Of a DNA stretch of 64,000 nucleotides, positions 11,049-22,239 are shown one piece after another. The DNA comes from Takakia lepidozioides (lineage: Eukaryota; Plantae; Bryophyta). The stretch is taken from positions 60,574,001 to 60,638,000 of the forward strand of contig CM060733.1 of assembly GCA_030704615.1 (NCBI GenBank), written 5' to 3'. The stretch's first letter is position 1. Each line of letters opens with the position of its first letter. A program made the translations under genes and the position numbers. The notes beneath the pieces are model-generated. The model was given only the letters and a program-made list of their open reading frames with translations. It made no database searches and had not been told where the DNA came from.

Positions 11049-14000
11049 ATGGTGAGGAAACATCGACCCCTCTCCCTCGAGGATGGGGAGGTAGTACCAC
11101 ACATCGATTGTGGCCCTAGAGCGACCATTTTTCGTGGCGATGAGGCACCCATTGCACCTGATCCAATACAGGCTGCCGGCACAATCGTAGAAGGGACTGG
11201 GGCCAATTTTCAGGTGATGCGGAGGATGTTGACACTCCGGGATCGAGTTAGGCGCGCCGCAGGTTGCCCCCTTGCGGGCCACCTACCCCGTCCAACCACG
11301 TCCACCTTTGACCCCCCCCCCCCCCCCCCCGACAGGATTGAGTGTTGGTGCACTAAGTGTTGGAAACGGATACCGCCGGGCGGCACCAGACCACCGAGGC
11401 GGCGACCGCATGTTGTCGAAAAACATTACAAGAAGAACAAGATTGCGGATGCGGCAAAGGTGAGTGTTTTTCCCACCCCTCTCATTAACATTCATTCAAG
11501 GTACATTTAGGTTTATCTAATAATATAGTATGATTGGTAAGCATACATGAATCAAAATTACGACATAAGTATTGATGCGTTGTTCACTACGCACATTGCA
11601 GCCACGACTTGATGCCCAAGCTCGCAATCACATTGCACACGAGGCATTTCGCGCCGGTCTACTTGCAGAATTTGTGCCAGAGCATGTGTCCGATGTGACC
11701 AGTTGGTTCCCCCAGCAGCACGTAGATGAGATGCGTAGGGTCGAGGGGTATCATAGGTGTCGTAGGCGTTATGGCCGGCGACGAGCAGCCCCCCCCCCCC
11801 CCCCCGAACCCCTAGGAGGGGGGTCAGCTTCGCCCTAGGTTTCCTCCCCTTCGGCTTGGGCGGCCTGAGCCGAATCCTCGCCCCCGATGGGAAGCGCATA
11901 GGACTATGTTACTGAGGACCGTCCAGCCTCGTTGTTGGGGGAATCATCTCGACCCTCCCACCCCCATCCGAGAAAATGTGGAGTTCGAGTATTGGGGGAG
12001 ACGGTATGTTGTGAGAGCCGCTACAGACCCTGCTATGGGTCGGGGTTTATTCATGGTCAATGATATTGTGGTTCCTCCTCGGAGAAACAACATAGTGGAC
12101 TTGTTTCCCTACTACAGTCCATACTACACCTCCACGGAGTTCCGTACATTACGCCTCGAAGCCCCATAATCCCTACCCTACATTTTGTGTGTCAACGGAC
12201 ATGATGTACGTAGACGGGGGTTGTCTCCCATTGAGATCAGATTTTGTGATGGTGACCCCGACATCTTCGGCAATGTTGTTGGGCTGGTCAATAGTTCTTT
12301 TGGTCATCTTATGAGAACCAATGTAGTATGGGACGAGCGAAGCGATGGGCATGAGAGCTTTTGTGGTCATACGTCAGTATACTGTGAGGGGATGCACATG
12401 TTTGTGATGACATGTGCTAGTAGGACTATTAGGGCTGGCAGCAAACTATTTGCATCATACGAGTTCTCCTGGGATGATTGGGACATTCGATTACAACGTG
12501 AGTGGGATGTGTATGATAAAAATAGGGTTCCTTTGAGACAGGGATTGCGTAGAGGGGCATTGTAGATATTCTCAGGATGTACTTTGTATACATCCGATTA
12601 ATCGATTGATGTAAAAAAAATTCCTGTTGCTCGTGTGGGTTGCAACTTTGCATATGTGATCTAAACATACTTATGCACATGTGGAACACATATGAGCTTG
12701 AACCAAGTTGATTCAATGGGTCATTCTAGTGTTGAACGCAGCTACATATCATAGAGACGGAAAATTGTGTTTCGCCTGCAGATGATTTTTTTTTTATTCC
12801 ATTTTCAAGCCATATGCTTAATGATAGCATATGCAATGTGCGTGAAAAATTTGGGAGTAAACAAAAGTCATTTGGACCCATAACCAGATTTTGTTCTCTC
12901 ATTTGCACTCCAAAGTTGAGTTATCTTCAACTTCATGCATTCTTTATAGAGAATTATCCAAAAGTGACCCTAGAAACACACTTTTTTTTTTTTCCATTTT
13001 TTTTTTTGTCCCATTTTTTGCATCGATGTAGTGGTGCAAAGCTTGATGTCACAGAACAAAATAGAGCTAAAAATAAAATCATTACGCCCATCAAAACCGC
13101 AATCATATATTTTCTAAATGCAAATATTTATTTTAAATTCATTTAAATTCGATTTAATTCAAAATTGGTGCAAGGGTGAGTGCGTCGTTGGGGAGGCATT
13201 TTATTTATTTATTTTTATTTATTTTTTCTCCTGCTGGATCTTTGTACAGGTGTTGCACACATATTTAAGCACATGTAGGAAAAAATGAAGCTTGAGCCAC
13301 ATCTGTTTGTTGGGTGCAATGGCATGAGAGGATTTTCTTTCACATTAATAAACAAAAATTGGTTGATAGGGTGAATGCGTCATTGGGGGGCAAATGATTT
13401 TGTTTGGGTTTGAAACTTTGCATGCGTGTACGTTGCGCACATACATGTAATTATTGAATGACATATTTGATGCACACACACATTGAAGGTTGTTGTTTGC
13501 ATTTCGTTTATAATGAAGTGTATGGTTGCAAGGACACATTATAATATATGTCCCTATGTTCATTTGTTCGTATCAGGACTTTGTCCATCCCTTCCCGGTC
13601 TTTTCTCTTGGCACCCATCCGAAAACAACCCAAGTACATCAGGCGGGGGCCATGGGCGAGACGCCGCCCCCACAGTACCGGACGATGATGACGATGACAG
13701 TGATAGTGACAGTGACAACAACAATGAGCATGGAATTAACTAGGAGGATGTGTAAGCCATGGAGGATCTCTTAATGCATCATGTGGGCGCTGATGCATCC
13801 CATGAAGAGGGAACTCGGCCAATCGATGATCCTGAAATGGCCCCCTCAAATGACATGGAGAGGGAGGCGAGAACTCCCTTGTATGAAGGGGCGAAAGTGA
13901 GTCGACTTTCAACAATCTTACTTTTGCTCAATCTTCAAATTCGATTTGGCATAAGTAATGTTGGGATGTCTGCCATAATGTGAACTATTGCAGACTATAT

Positions 14001-17000
14001 CCTTGCTCCACACTTGAAACCCAAGATGTCACGGTCGCGGAAAGAGGCGCTCGAAGTCTTGGACTATGTGGGGATGGGCTATAAGATTTTTCATGCATGT
14101 CTATGTGATAAAACCCTATACTACGGAGAGGATTCGCATCTCACCAAGTGCCCAAAGTGCAAGAAAGACCGATATCGGGATGATGTCCAAGGGAAAAAAG
14201 TACCACGCAAGGTATAAGCACCATTCCCCCTCGCATGGAGATTATTAGAGAGTAGTACTCATGCAAGATCTGATTGTGGTTTTGGAAGGAGTGAGTGAGG
14301 AGTGGAAGGAGCGACATTTGGTTTTGACCATTCACACCCAAATGAGGGAGAGACTGCATAAAGGGAAAGACATAAGGGTGTTGTATTATGTGTGCTAATG
14401 GGATGATTACATGTGGGGGGCGTGGGGTATTTCATCCTAGAAATTGCATTACTTTCCGATCATCCCGTGATTGAGGGCACGGTACCGAAGCCCTGAATTG
14501 GCCAGACTCATGAGATGACACGCCTCGCATCGGAGCCCCTCGGGAAAGGTGTGCGGGCCACAAGATTCACAAACATGGAGGCATATTGAAGAGATGTGGC
14601 TTTTTTTTCTTGGAGGACCCACAACATGTCCACCTCGGCTTCTCCTTAGATGGGGTCAACCCATTCTCTGTCCAGTCATGTAGTCATTCCACTTGGCCGG
14701 TGACCATGGTGAATTACAACATCCCTCCGTATCTTTCAATTAAAAAAGACCATATCATGTTGGCTGCCATTGTGCCAGGTGAGTGTACTCATTTCATGTT
14801 TATTATTGCCTTCGACTTTACATTAAACTTCTGATCTTTGACGCAATTCGGATGCAAGATTGATGAGTGACATAATCATGGAGTAAGACGTGTAATTCAT
14901 TTTGTAGTATAATCTGCATATTGGTGGAGCATTGAAACAATGATGTGAATGTCTCAAAGGGAAAAAACAAGTGACAAACATGGACACGTACTTGCGACCT
15001 CTTGTTGATGAACTTAAAGAGCTATGGAGGGTGGTCCCGACATTGGATGCTTTACTTGACCCTATGGCCGGACAATCTTTTCAGATGAGAGGCATCTTGC
15101 TTTGGACAATGCATGATTATCCAGGTATATTATGTTTCCCATGAACAACCCGCGTACATTCACTTGTCAATGCCGGATGAGGATGAGGATTGGGGATTGA
15201 TTGAAGTAGCGGCGACAGTCTTGTGCACTGTAGTGGGGTAGATGGCATTATGGGCCATGCACATGACAACTTTTTGTTTTTGCTAATGTGGCGGGATGTG
15301 TAGTACATGACTAACTGTTTGCTCGGGGCTAAGCACCAAAGGGTACCATGCATGCTTGCATTGTGGCGATGATCTTGATGCACGTAGCTCCCGCCATCTT
15401 CACAAGATGGTGTATCCCAACTACTGTAAATTTCTTCCTATGAGCCATCGATGGAGAAAAAGAGAGAAACACTTGTTTGATGGCAAAGAGGAAGTACGTC
15501 CCCCCCCTATGACACCGTCCGGGCAGTTTTGGGAGGACCGATGGAAGGAGGCCCATGCGGGCACGGACGGTGAAGTGGACGTGCCAAGCATGAAACGACT
15601 TTCAATCTTCTACGAGTTGCCATATTGGGCGGTACATATTCCACAAAAACACCGCCAATATCTCTATGCATGCATGTGATATTGCACATTTGGTATGCGT
15701 TGCATTGTCACTTTCACGTAAAAAAAATTGTGTAAGTCTTTGTGGGTGGGGATATATGTAGGACCTGAAGATTCGCCATCTTCTAGATCCCATGCATATT
15801 GAGAAGAATGTCTGCTCGTCTCTTTCTCGGGTTCTTCATGGCACGCCGACAAAGAAGGGAGTGGCTACAAAAGGAGATTCTCTCGGTGTTAGAAAGGAGC
15901 TTGAGGAGCAGGGTCGCATGCGCCACCTATGGGCCGAACAAAATGGTGTGGACCCAAAGGGTGTTGTACGGTGGAAGTATAGGCGCGCACCTTGGCAATG
16001 GACAAAGGAGGAATACAAGAAAGTGATAGCCACCATAAGTGCTGTCCGAACACCAACTGGATGGGTCATCCCTCCGTACGAAGTTCAGCAAAGAAGACGG
16101 GGTCCATGGTTTGAAGTCTCATGACTACCACAATCTATTGCAAGACATCTTGCCCATTGCAGTACGTGGGACATTGACTCCCGAGGTTCGTGAGACAATC
16201 TATAGATTGAGAGGCTTGTTCCGGTGGATTTGTTCCAAAGAGTTGGAAGAAGCAGATTTTCCACGCATGAAGAAGGAGGCGGCGGAGGTAATGTGTATGT
16301 TGGAGATGCACCTTCCTCCCTCCTTCTTTGACATCCAAGTGCACTTGGTAGTGCACTTAGTGGAAGAGGCTTCGATTGCCGGCCCCGTTCATTCTCGGTG
16401 GATGTACTTCCTTGAGCGTTATATGAAGACTTTGAAAGGATTTGTAAGACAAATGGCGCACCTGGAGGGTAGCATGGCGGAGGGGTATACGTTGCAAGAA
16501 GCTATGTTCTATTGCACGGAGTACATGGCAAAGGTAGATGAGGAATCCCCTCGGATGTGGAAGGAAGAGGAGGATGCACGAACCAATGACATCGTTTTGC
16601 CCAAAAAATCGAAGAGGGTAAAATTGCCGACCTTGGTGATTGAGCAAGCGCATGACTTCATACTGAAGAACACCCCATCCATACATGAGTGGGAGGCAAG
16701 ATACAATAATTTTGTTCTGCAACGAGAGGAGGAGACGCTTGCATGGAGGCAGAACCATCCAAGGCCGGTTACTAGACGCCCACGACAAAGAGCGGGCCGC
16801 CGGAATGTTCCTTCACAAAATTTGCCCATCGAATTGCAGCCTCTAAGTTCATTCCAACAGTGGCTTCAGACTTCAGTTTACGCCGTTGCTGAATGAGAGG
16901 TGGTTTCAGATTTGGTGCAAGACATTACAAGGGGCCCCTCTCAATTCGCGACCTCATACACGACGGTTTGGGTTCACGGTCGTCATTTCCGCATTCGTGC

Positions 17001-17703
17001 TCTTGACATGAAGCGCAAAACAACCTTTGATTCTAGCTTGTGTGCCACATATTGGCAGGACTCCGTGTGGGGCAAGAGAGATACACGACCTGCTATGAGC
17101 AAACTTGAGTACATTGGAGAGCTTGAGAGCATACTCCAACTTCAGTATACAAGGTACCGGCCTCTTCTCTTCAAGGAAGGTGGTTCCAGCCACATCTTGT
17201 GGGGCCCTCCACAACACTAGTGCAAGATGGTTGTGGTTTCATGCGCGTCAATGCAGCTAGGCTCAACCCTACTCATTATCCCTCTGATGAGCCTTTTTCA
17301 CGGCCTTCAGACATGGAGCAAGTTTTCTTCTCCGATGACAAAACAATAGGGGGGAATTGGAAGGTTGTGCATGCTCAGCCAAGAGGAAGACGTATCTATC
17401 ATGGTCTCGGATCTCCATGGGGTGAGGCAATTGCGGTGGACAGACAGACTGGTCATAATGATGCTGATGATGGAGGTTGGGTAGAGGGGGTAGAAGAGGA
17501 TGATGACGCCCCGACAATGCATCCTGGACCCTATATGAGGAAGCTTAGAAGATACGATGTTGGAGAAGGAGACAGACAACGGCCATTGACAACGAGGTGG
17601 AGGATGATTCGGCGGTGCCTTTTGAGAGCCGGGCCATTTATGACGATGACTCCGATGACGAAGAAGACTTGCAGCTTGATGAGGATGAAGAGGCTTCGGC
17701 TAA
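11049..17703 (+). pseudogene. CACTA TnpD transposase (spliced; stops and frameshifts)
   Basis: Exon 1 with CWCTKC...H motif and donor AAG|GTGAGT at 11459/11460. Later pieces: TPLYEGAK, HACLCDK..CPKC, LDGVNPF..STWPV..NYNIPP, WTMHDYP, DPMHIEKNV, GLKSHDYH, PPSFFDIQVHL, RWMYFLER, EPFSRPSDMEQVFF, then acidic tail. Confidence 0.9.
11572..12565 (+). pseudogene. SET-domain (lysine methyltransferase-like) ORF nested in the putative first transposase intron
   Basis: ORFs 11906-12169 and 12185-12565 share a frame across one TAA: MGRGLF...PYY...YIL...DGDP..GNVVGLVNSS...N...CASRTIRAGSKLFASY. The 11572 ORF could join through a frameshift in the poly-C run at ~11790-11805. Confidence 0.7.
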
Positions 17704-18729
17704 TGATGTTCAAGTTGATTAGACACAAAATCAAAGCTACATAACAATTCTCGCCCGCAACTGGAACCATCTCTTCTTCGATTGATTGTACATGTACATG
17801 CATATTGTACTTTTATTTCTATGATTCATCAAATAGGCTGTGGCTGGTAGTCTTTCAATAAAGAAGGAAAATGCAATGAATATGTTGGAAGCAACACATA
17901 CCATGTGGTATCAAGTAGAATTATCAAAATGAATGTCGAAATCTACAAGAAGGTCCAACAACAAAAGCTAAACCTAAAGAAAAACAAACACCCTACCCCA
18001 GTACATATGAAAAAAAAAAAAAACTAAGAACCCCCAAAGGCCCTACCCCAGTAGAAACCCCGGCCCAACGGGATGCAGAAGTGTTGCGTGAGACCTCCGT
18101 CTGCTCCCACATGTTCTAAAAGCCCTGCCGTCGCCGCCTGCGACCCCCACGCGTCGCCAACTGCGACGCGTTTCTTGGTTTATAGGGTGGTCGCAAACAA
18201 CGGCGACGGCCGACCGTCGCAATTGCGACCGCGGTTTTTGAATGGATTTATGAGGGCCGGGGGTCGCAAACGGCGACGGCCAGCCGTCGCAAACTGTGAT
18301 ATGTTTTTTGTTTGTAAGAATAGGGCAGCCTGGCAGTTTGCGACGCCGGCCGTCGCATGGGCCTTTTGCCCTTCATGCCACCATGCGACGGCCGGGTGTC
18401 GCAAGAAAGGGCTGCAATGAAAGAAGGCAATAAATGGTTTTTTTTTCCGGCGTGCGACGACCGGCCGTCGCCAAAAAAGGCTGTCTTCTGCCCTTTGCTG
18501 GGGGGACACGTGGCGTCGCACGGAAGGGCTCCCATTTTCCCTTCATCAATCCGTGCGACGGCTAGGCGTCGCCGCCTGGCCCCGGCGCCAGGTTTCACTC
18601 CCGCGGGGTTTGTCTGCGACGGCCCGACGTCGCAAACACCTTCGCGGGGTTGACGTCGCACACTCGGCGCCGCGTGGGGCGGGGGCGTGGCTGGCGTCGC
18701 AACCCCCCCCCCCCCCATTTGCTGTAGTG

Positions 18730-21200
18730 ACCACCGACATCATACTCCAAGACTGGCCGGTGATCAAATCCGGACCAACCTCATATGAAAACAAGCGTCC
18801 ACACAAAGCTAACATGACGCACAGTCAAGCATGCAGGTGTGGAGGGGAATCCAACACCAGAAAATCAAGACAACAACTCTCACACCAAAACACTCCACAT
18901 GTTTGCTCTTGCAAGGATACCCAGCCCAAACCCCGGACTGACTCTTGCCTCCACCTACGGAAGTTTGGCCTACAAAGAGGGTGAAAACTATGGGGAAGAG
19001 AAACTAAAGAATTCCTACCCCAAAATGCTCTTATCCCACCCTCTCCCTCCTGTCTCTATCCACTCGCTTGTATGGCCGTGGCAAGTTCCTTCAAATATCC
19101 CTCAACCAATCTTTCAAGAGCTCTTCAACATGGTCCACCAAAGCTCCTCGAAGGGTCCTCCAATCCTCCTCCAAGGACCCCAAAGATCCTCCAAACACTC
19201 CTCCCAGGGCCCTCAATATCTTCCAAACAATCCTTCAAAGGCCCTTAAATTTCAGTAAGTCCTTTCAATATTGATACCTTAACGGAGGTAGAGTATGATG
19301 TTGCTAGGGTCCCTTATGTTGATGATACCTTTACAGAGGTATAGTCTGAGCTGATTAGGGTCCACATATGGTGATCCTCAACAGAGGTATAGTAAAGGGA
19401 CAAGCTCCTATTTGGTATATCTACAGAGGCATAGTCTGAGCTGATTAGGGTTCACATATGGTGATACCTCAATAGAGGTATAGTAAAATGGACAAGCTCC
19501 TGTTTGGTATACTAACAGAGGTATAGTCTGAGCATACACTACTAGGGTTTGTAATAAAGAGCTAGAATGCAAGTCCTTGACTTCTATGCTTCTACTCAAG
19601 CAAAAATATGGTCTCTAGGTGGTCATAAGAGGCATCTTCTTGCTCTCTTCCACCCCAATGTGCAACCAAGAGTGGTCCAACTCAACATGCAAGTCATTGT
19701 CTACTAAATCAATCCCCCTTCTAGTCCTTGGGATTTGATTGCAAACTACCATATCTCTATTATTGAACAATCATGCATTTGTCTCCTCATCACTTGACAA
19801 TTGCTCCAAATCAACACAAATTATCTCAATGTATAGGAGCAATGCTTGTTGACACTTACAATAATGCTCCCAAGTAATCCGCCTTGGATCCCACTCTCAC
19901 GCCATATGCCTCATTTGGGGTCTTGCACCAATCCATCATCCATGTGCTCCCCTTGGTCATTTGAATGCATGTTCCATGACCTCTTGGCCTATGTGTTGCT
20001 CTCCTTCATCATAACATGAATCAACACCTCTCCACTTCACACACAAATGGATCTCAAGGCCTTCACCTCTTACTAGTTCAAGAGCTCCCCTTCTCAAACT
20101 TGAACTTACACACTCAAGAGAGCATGCTCCACACATGCACCACTTGCTTGGTCAACTATACACCACCAAGCTCACACTACCAAGAGCATGAATAGCCAAG
20201 TATTACCTCCCCCTCTTGTCACATTACATAGTTAGGGTGAAGCTATGCATATATTGAATGATGATCTCCCTTCAAGGATTTCCCACCATATGTTCTCCAA
20301 GCCCTTCTAATGCCCTAAGCTTGGCTCCACACCACCATGATTGGAAGATTTCTTCACATGTTCGCTTTCAAAACCTCTTAAGCTTCTTAGTGCTCTCCAA
20401 GTGCTTGCCCTTGTTGTCTTTAAGCCCAAGTCTATGTAGCTCCTTGGCTTCTATTCCACAACATCCACACTTTCAACTTGCTTAACCGTAAATTGATAGT
20501 GAAATGAGCACTAACAATCCTTTAGTTGCTCTCCACAAGCCATGACACACACCATTGACTCCATAATGTATACAAAGGATTCTCAAACCCTAGAATCATT
20601 GCTTCCACACACACAAGACTCCTCCTTGCAATCCTTGCAAAATCTTGTGAGTCAAGAGCTTCCTTCTCAAGCTCTTCAACTCCTTGGTGCATGTAATACT
20701 TGAGCAATTTTCCTTGCAACCCCTTGCAAGCCTTGTGATACAAGAGCTAAATTCTCCTAGCTCTCAATCTCCTTGACATACAAATGCAAAACTAATCCTT
20801 ACACTCCTCACAAGCATAAGATGATCTTTTTGTAGTGATAAGAGATGAAAAATGAGAAAAATAGAAGACCAGGAAAACTCTCAAAGCATGAAGCAATCAC
20901 ACTAAGAACAAGCCCTAGTCCTTCCAAGTGAAATCCACTCTATCACATAAACTAAGTAAAGCCAATGGCACTTTTGCTAAAGGAATCCACCCTACAAAGT
21001 CCTCAACACACTCCTTCTCAATACCTAGAGCTATGGAGGTGAGAGAGGCTCATGGAGGCTCAACTACAAGAAGATAAGCCTTCTCAACCCTCACAAGGGG
21101 AAAATCCATCCCCATGTCCCAAGTGAGGCGCCTCACTTGGCATATGAGACCAAATGAAGTCCCAACACACAAAATATAAATATAAATATCTAAAATGTCC
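18730..21200. repeat. Unclassified degenerate repeat, possibly an LTR-retrotransposon remnant
   Basis: Strong C/A strand skew, internal tandem repeat and a perfect 22-bp palindrome at 21119-21140; no recognisable protein motif, PBS or LTR pair. Confidence 0.25.
19270..19535. repeat. Tandem repeat, ~41-50 bp subunits forming a ~90-bp higher-order unit
   Basis: Six copies of an AGAGGTATAGT-like core with alternating CTGAGCTGATTAGGGT and GGACAAGCTCCT linkers. Confidence 0.85.
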
Positions 21201-22239
21201 TAGTTAACTAGAAGTAGGTAATTCATAGATAACCATGACTAAAACCATGACAGAGTATTCCATGGCGTTGATCTCTCACTAGCTAGACCTTGGATTCAAT
21301 GTTAGCTGCATCATCGTCATGTTCACTACCTATCATGTCTAAGGCATCATGAACACAACCATTCCACAATTAATATGAACCTCATCAAGTCTAGTGGTTT
21401 CAAACATCCCATGCTAGGAGACATCAATGGTCTTGAAAAGCTGCAGTCTCTTAGGATTAGAAGCTTTGGAAATAGCTGTGTACCCAACAATACCCCACAC
21501 TTTCCGTCCCGTGGTCATCAGTTCAACTTAGATGCTGAACATAATTGATCCAATGCTCGAGGGTAGCATGACTGAATTTTAGATACGCCATAACGTAAAT
21601 GCTTTTAGAGTTGCCTAGACTGGACAAGATCTAGGGGTTTGATTAATACCATAAACATTGAGTATGATGAAGAGGGGAGAGAGAAAGGAGCCTATTCCAA
21701 TTAGAGTAGAAGACAAACAGATCAAAGTCCAAATTCTGTGAATCCGAGGACACAAAGTAGTATTTGATGATCTTGAGAGTCAAAAGAGTCAAAATCTGAA
21801 CAAAACAAACATTCTAGATTGATGTTATCCAATAACGATTTGACATGGATTATTCTGTTTATGATGAAAACCACTTATCTTGGCTGTTTTATCAAATCTC
21901 CATATGTCTTTCATGATAGCATTTTATAAGTTAGTAAGTGGCAACATTTCCTAGACCACTTACTAGAGAAGTTTTGAGGGTGAGAGTTGAGTAGATATCC
22001 TTTTCGGGTAGTATATCATTTCATGGTCCGAGAAGATTCTATCCAAGACTAACACTCTTCTGAATCGAATTGGAGTCATGCCAAAGGGAATAAAAGAAAC
22101 CAACCAGCTCTTAGATCAAAGAGACAAGTGTAAAATTGGAGTGCGGATTCAGAGTACCCATAGAGAGGTTTATTGCCCTGACATAGTTATTATTGATTAT
22201 TCCAATCCGTTTAAAAAAAATTAAAAATTAAAATGAAAG

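Larger units (their letters stand above)
9981..18729 (+). mobile_element. CACTA/En-Spm transposon 2 (left TIR not found)
   Basis: Right end ...CCCCATTTGCTGTAGTG at 18729. Dense TGCGAC/GTCGCA repeats at 18120-18710 and 10400-10640. Contains a tnpD pseudogene. Left limit is set by the abrupt LINE-A break at 9980. Confidence 0.85.

Noticed and set aside
12167-12169. Stop codons rescued by U-to-C RNA editing or readthrough
   Set aside because: U-to-C editing is known from organelles, and the same TE genes also carry frameshifts, so ordinary decay is the simpler explanation.
18073-18984. Several overlapping Arg/Ala/Pro-rich ORFs (similar ones at 10030-10621 and 25187-25731)
   Set aside because: They arise from GC-rich subterminal repeats and show no protein motifs.
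19270-19535. CRISPR-like repeat/spacer pattern
   Set aside because: The core is only ~11 bp, the 'spacers' repeat each other, there are no cas genes and the context is eukaryotic.
21119-21160. Helitron 3' hairpin
   Set aside because: No CTRR terminus at the expected distance and no Rep/helicase remnants.
21250-22200. Possible degraded LRR/F-box-like coding sequence
   Set aside because: Only a short LEKLQSLRI-like stretch among many stops; not enough to support a call.
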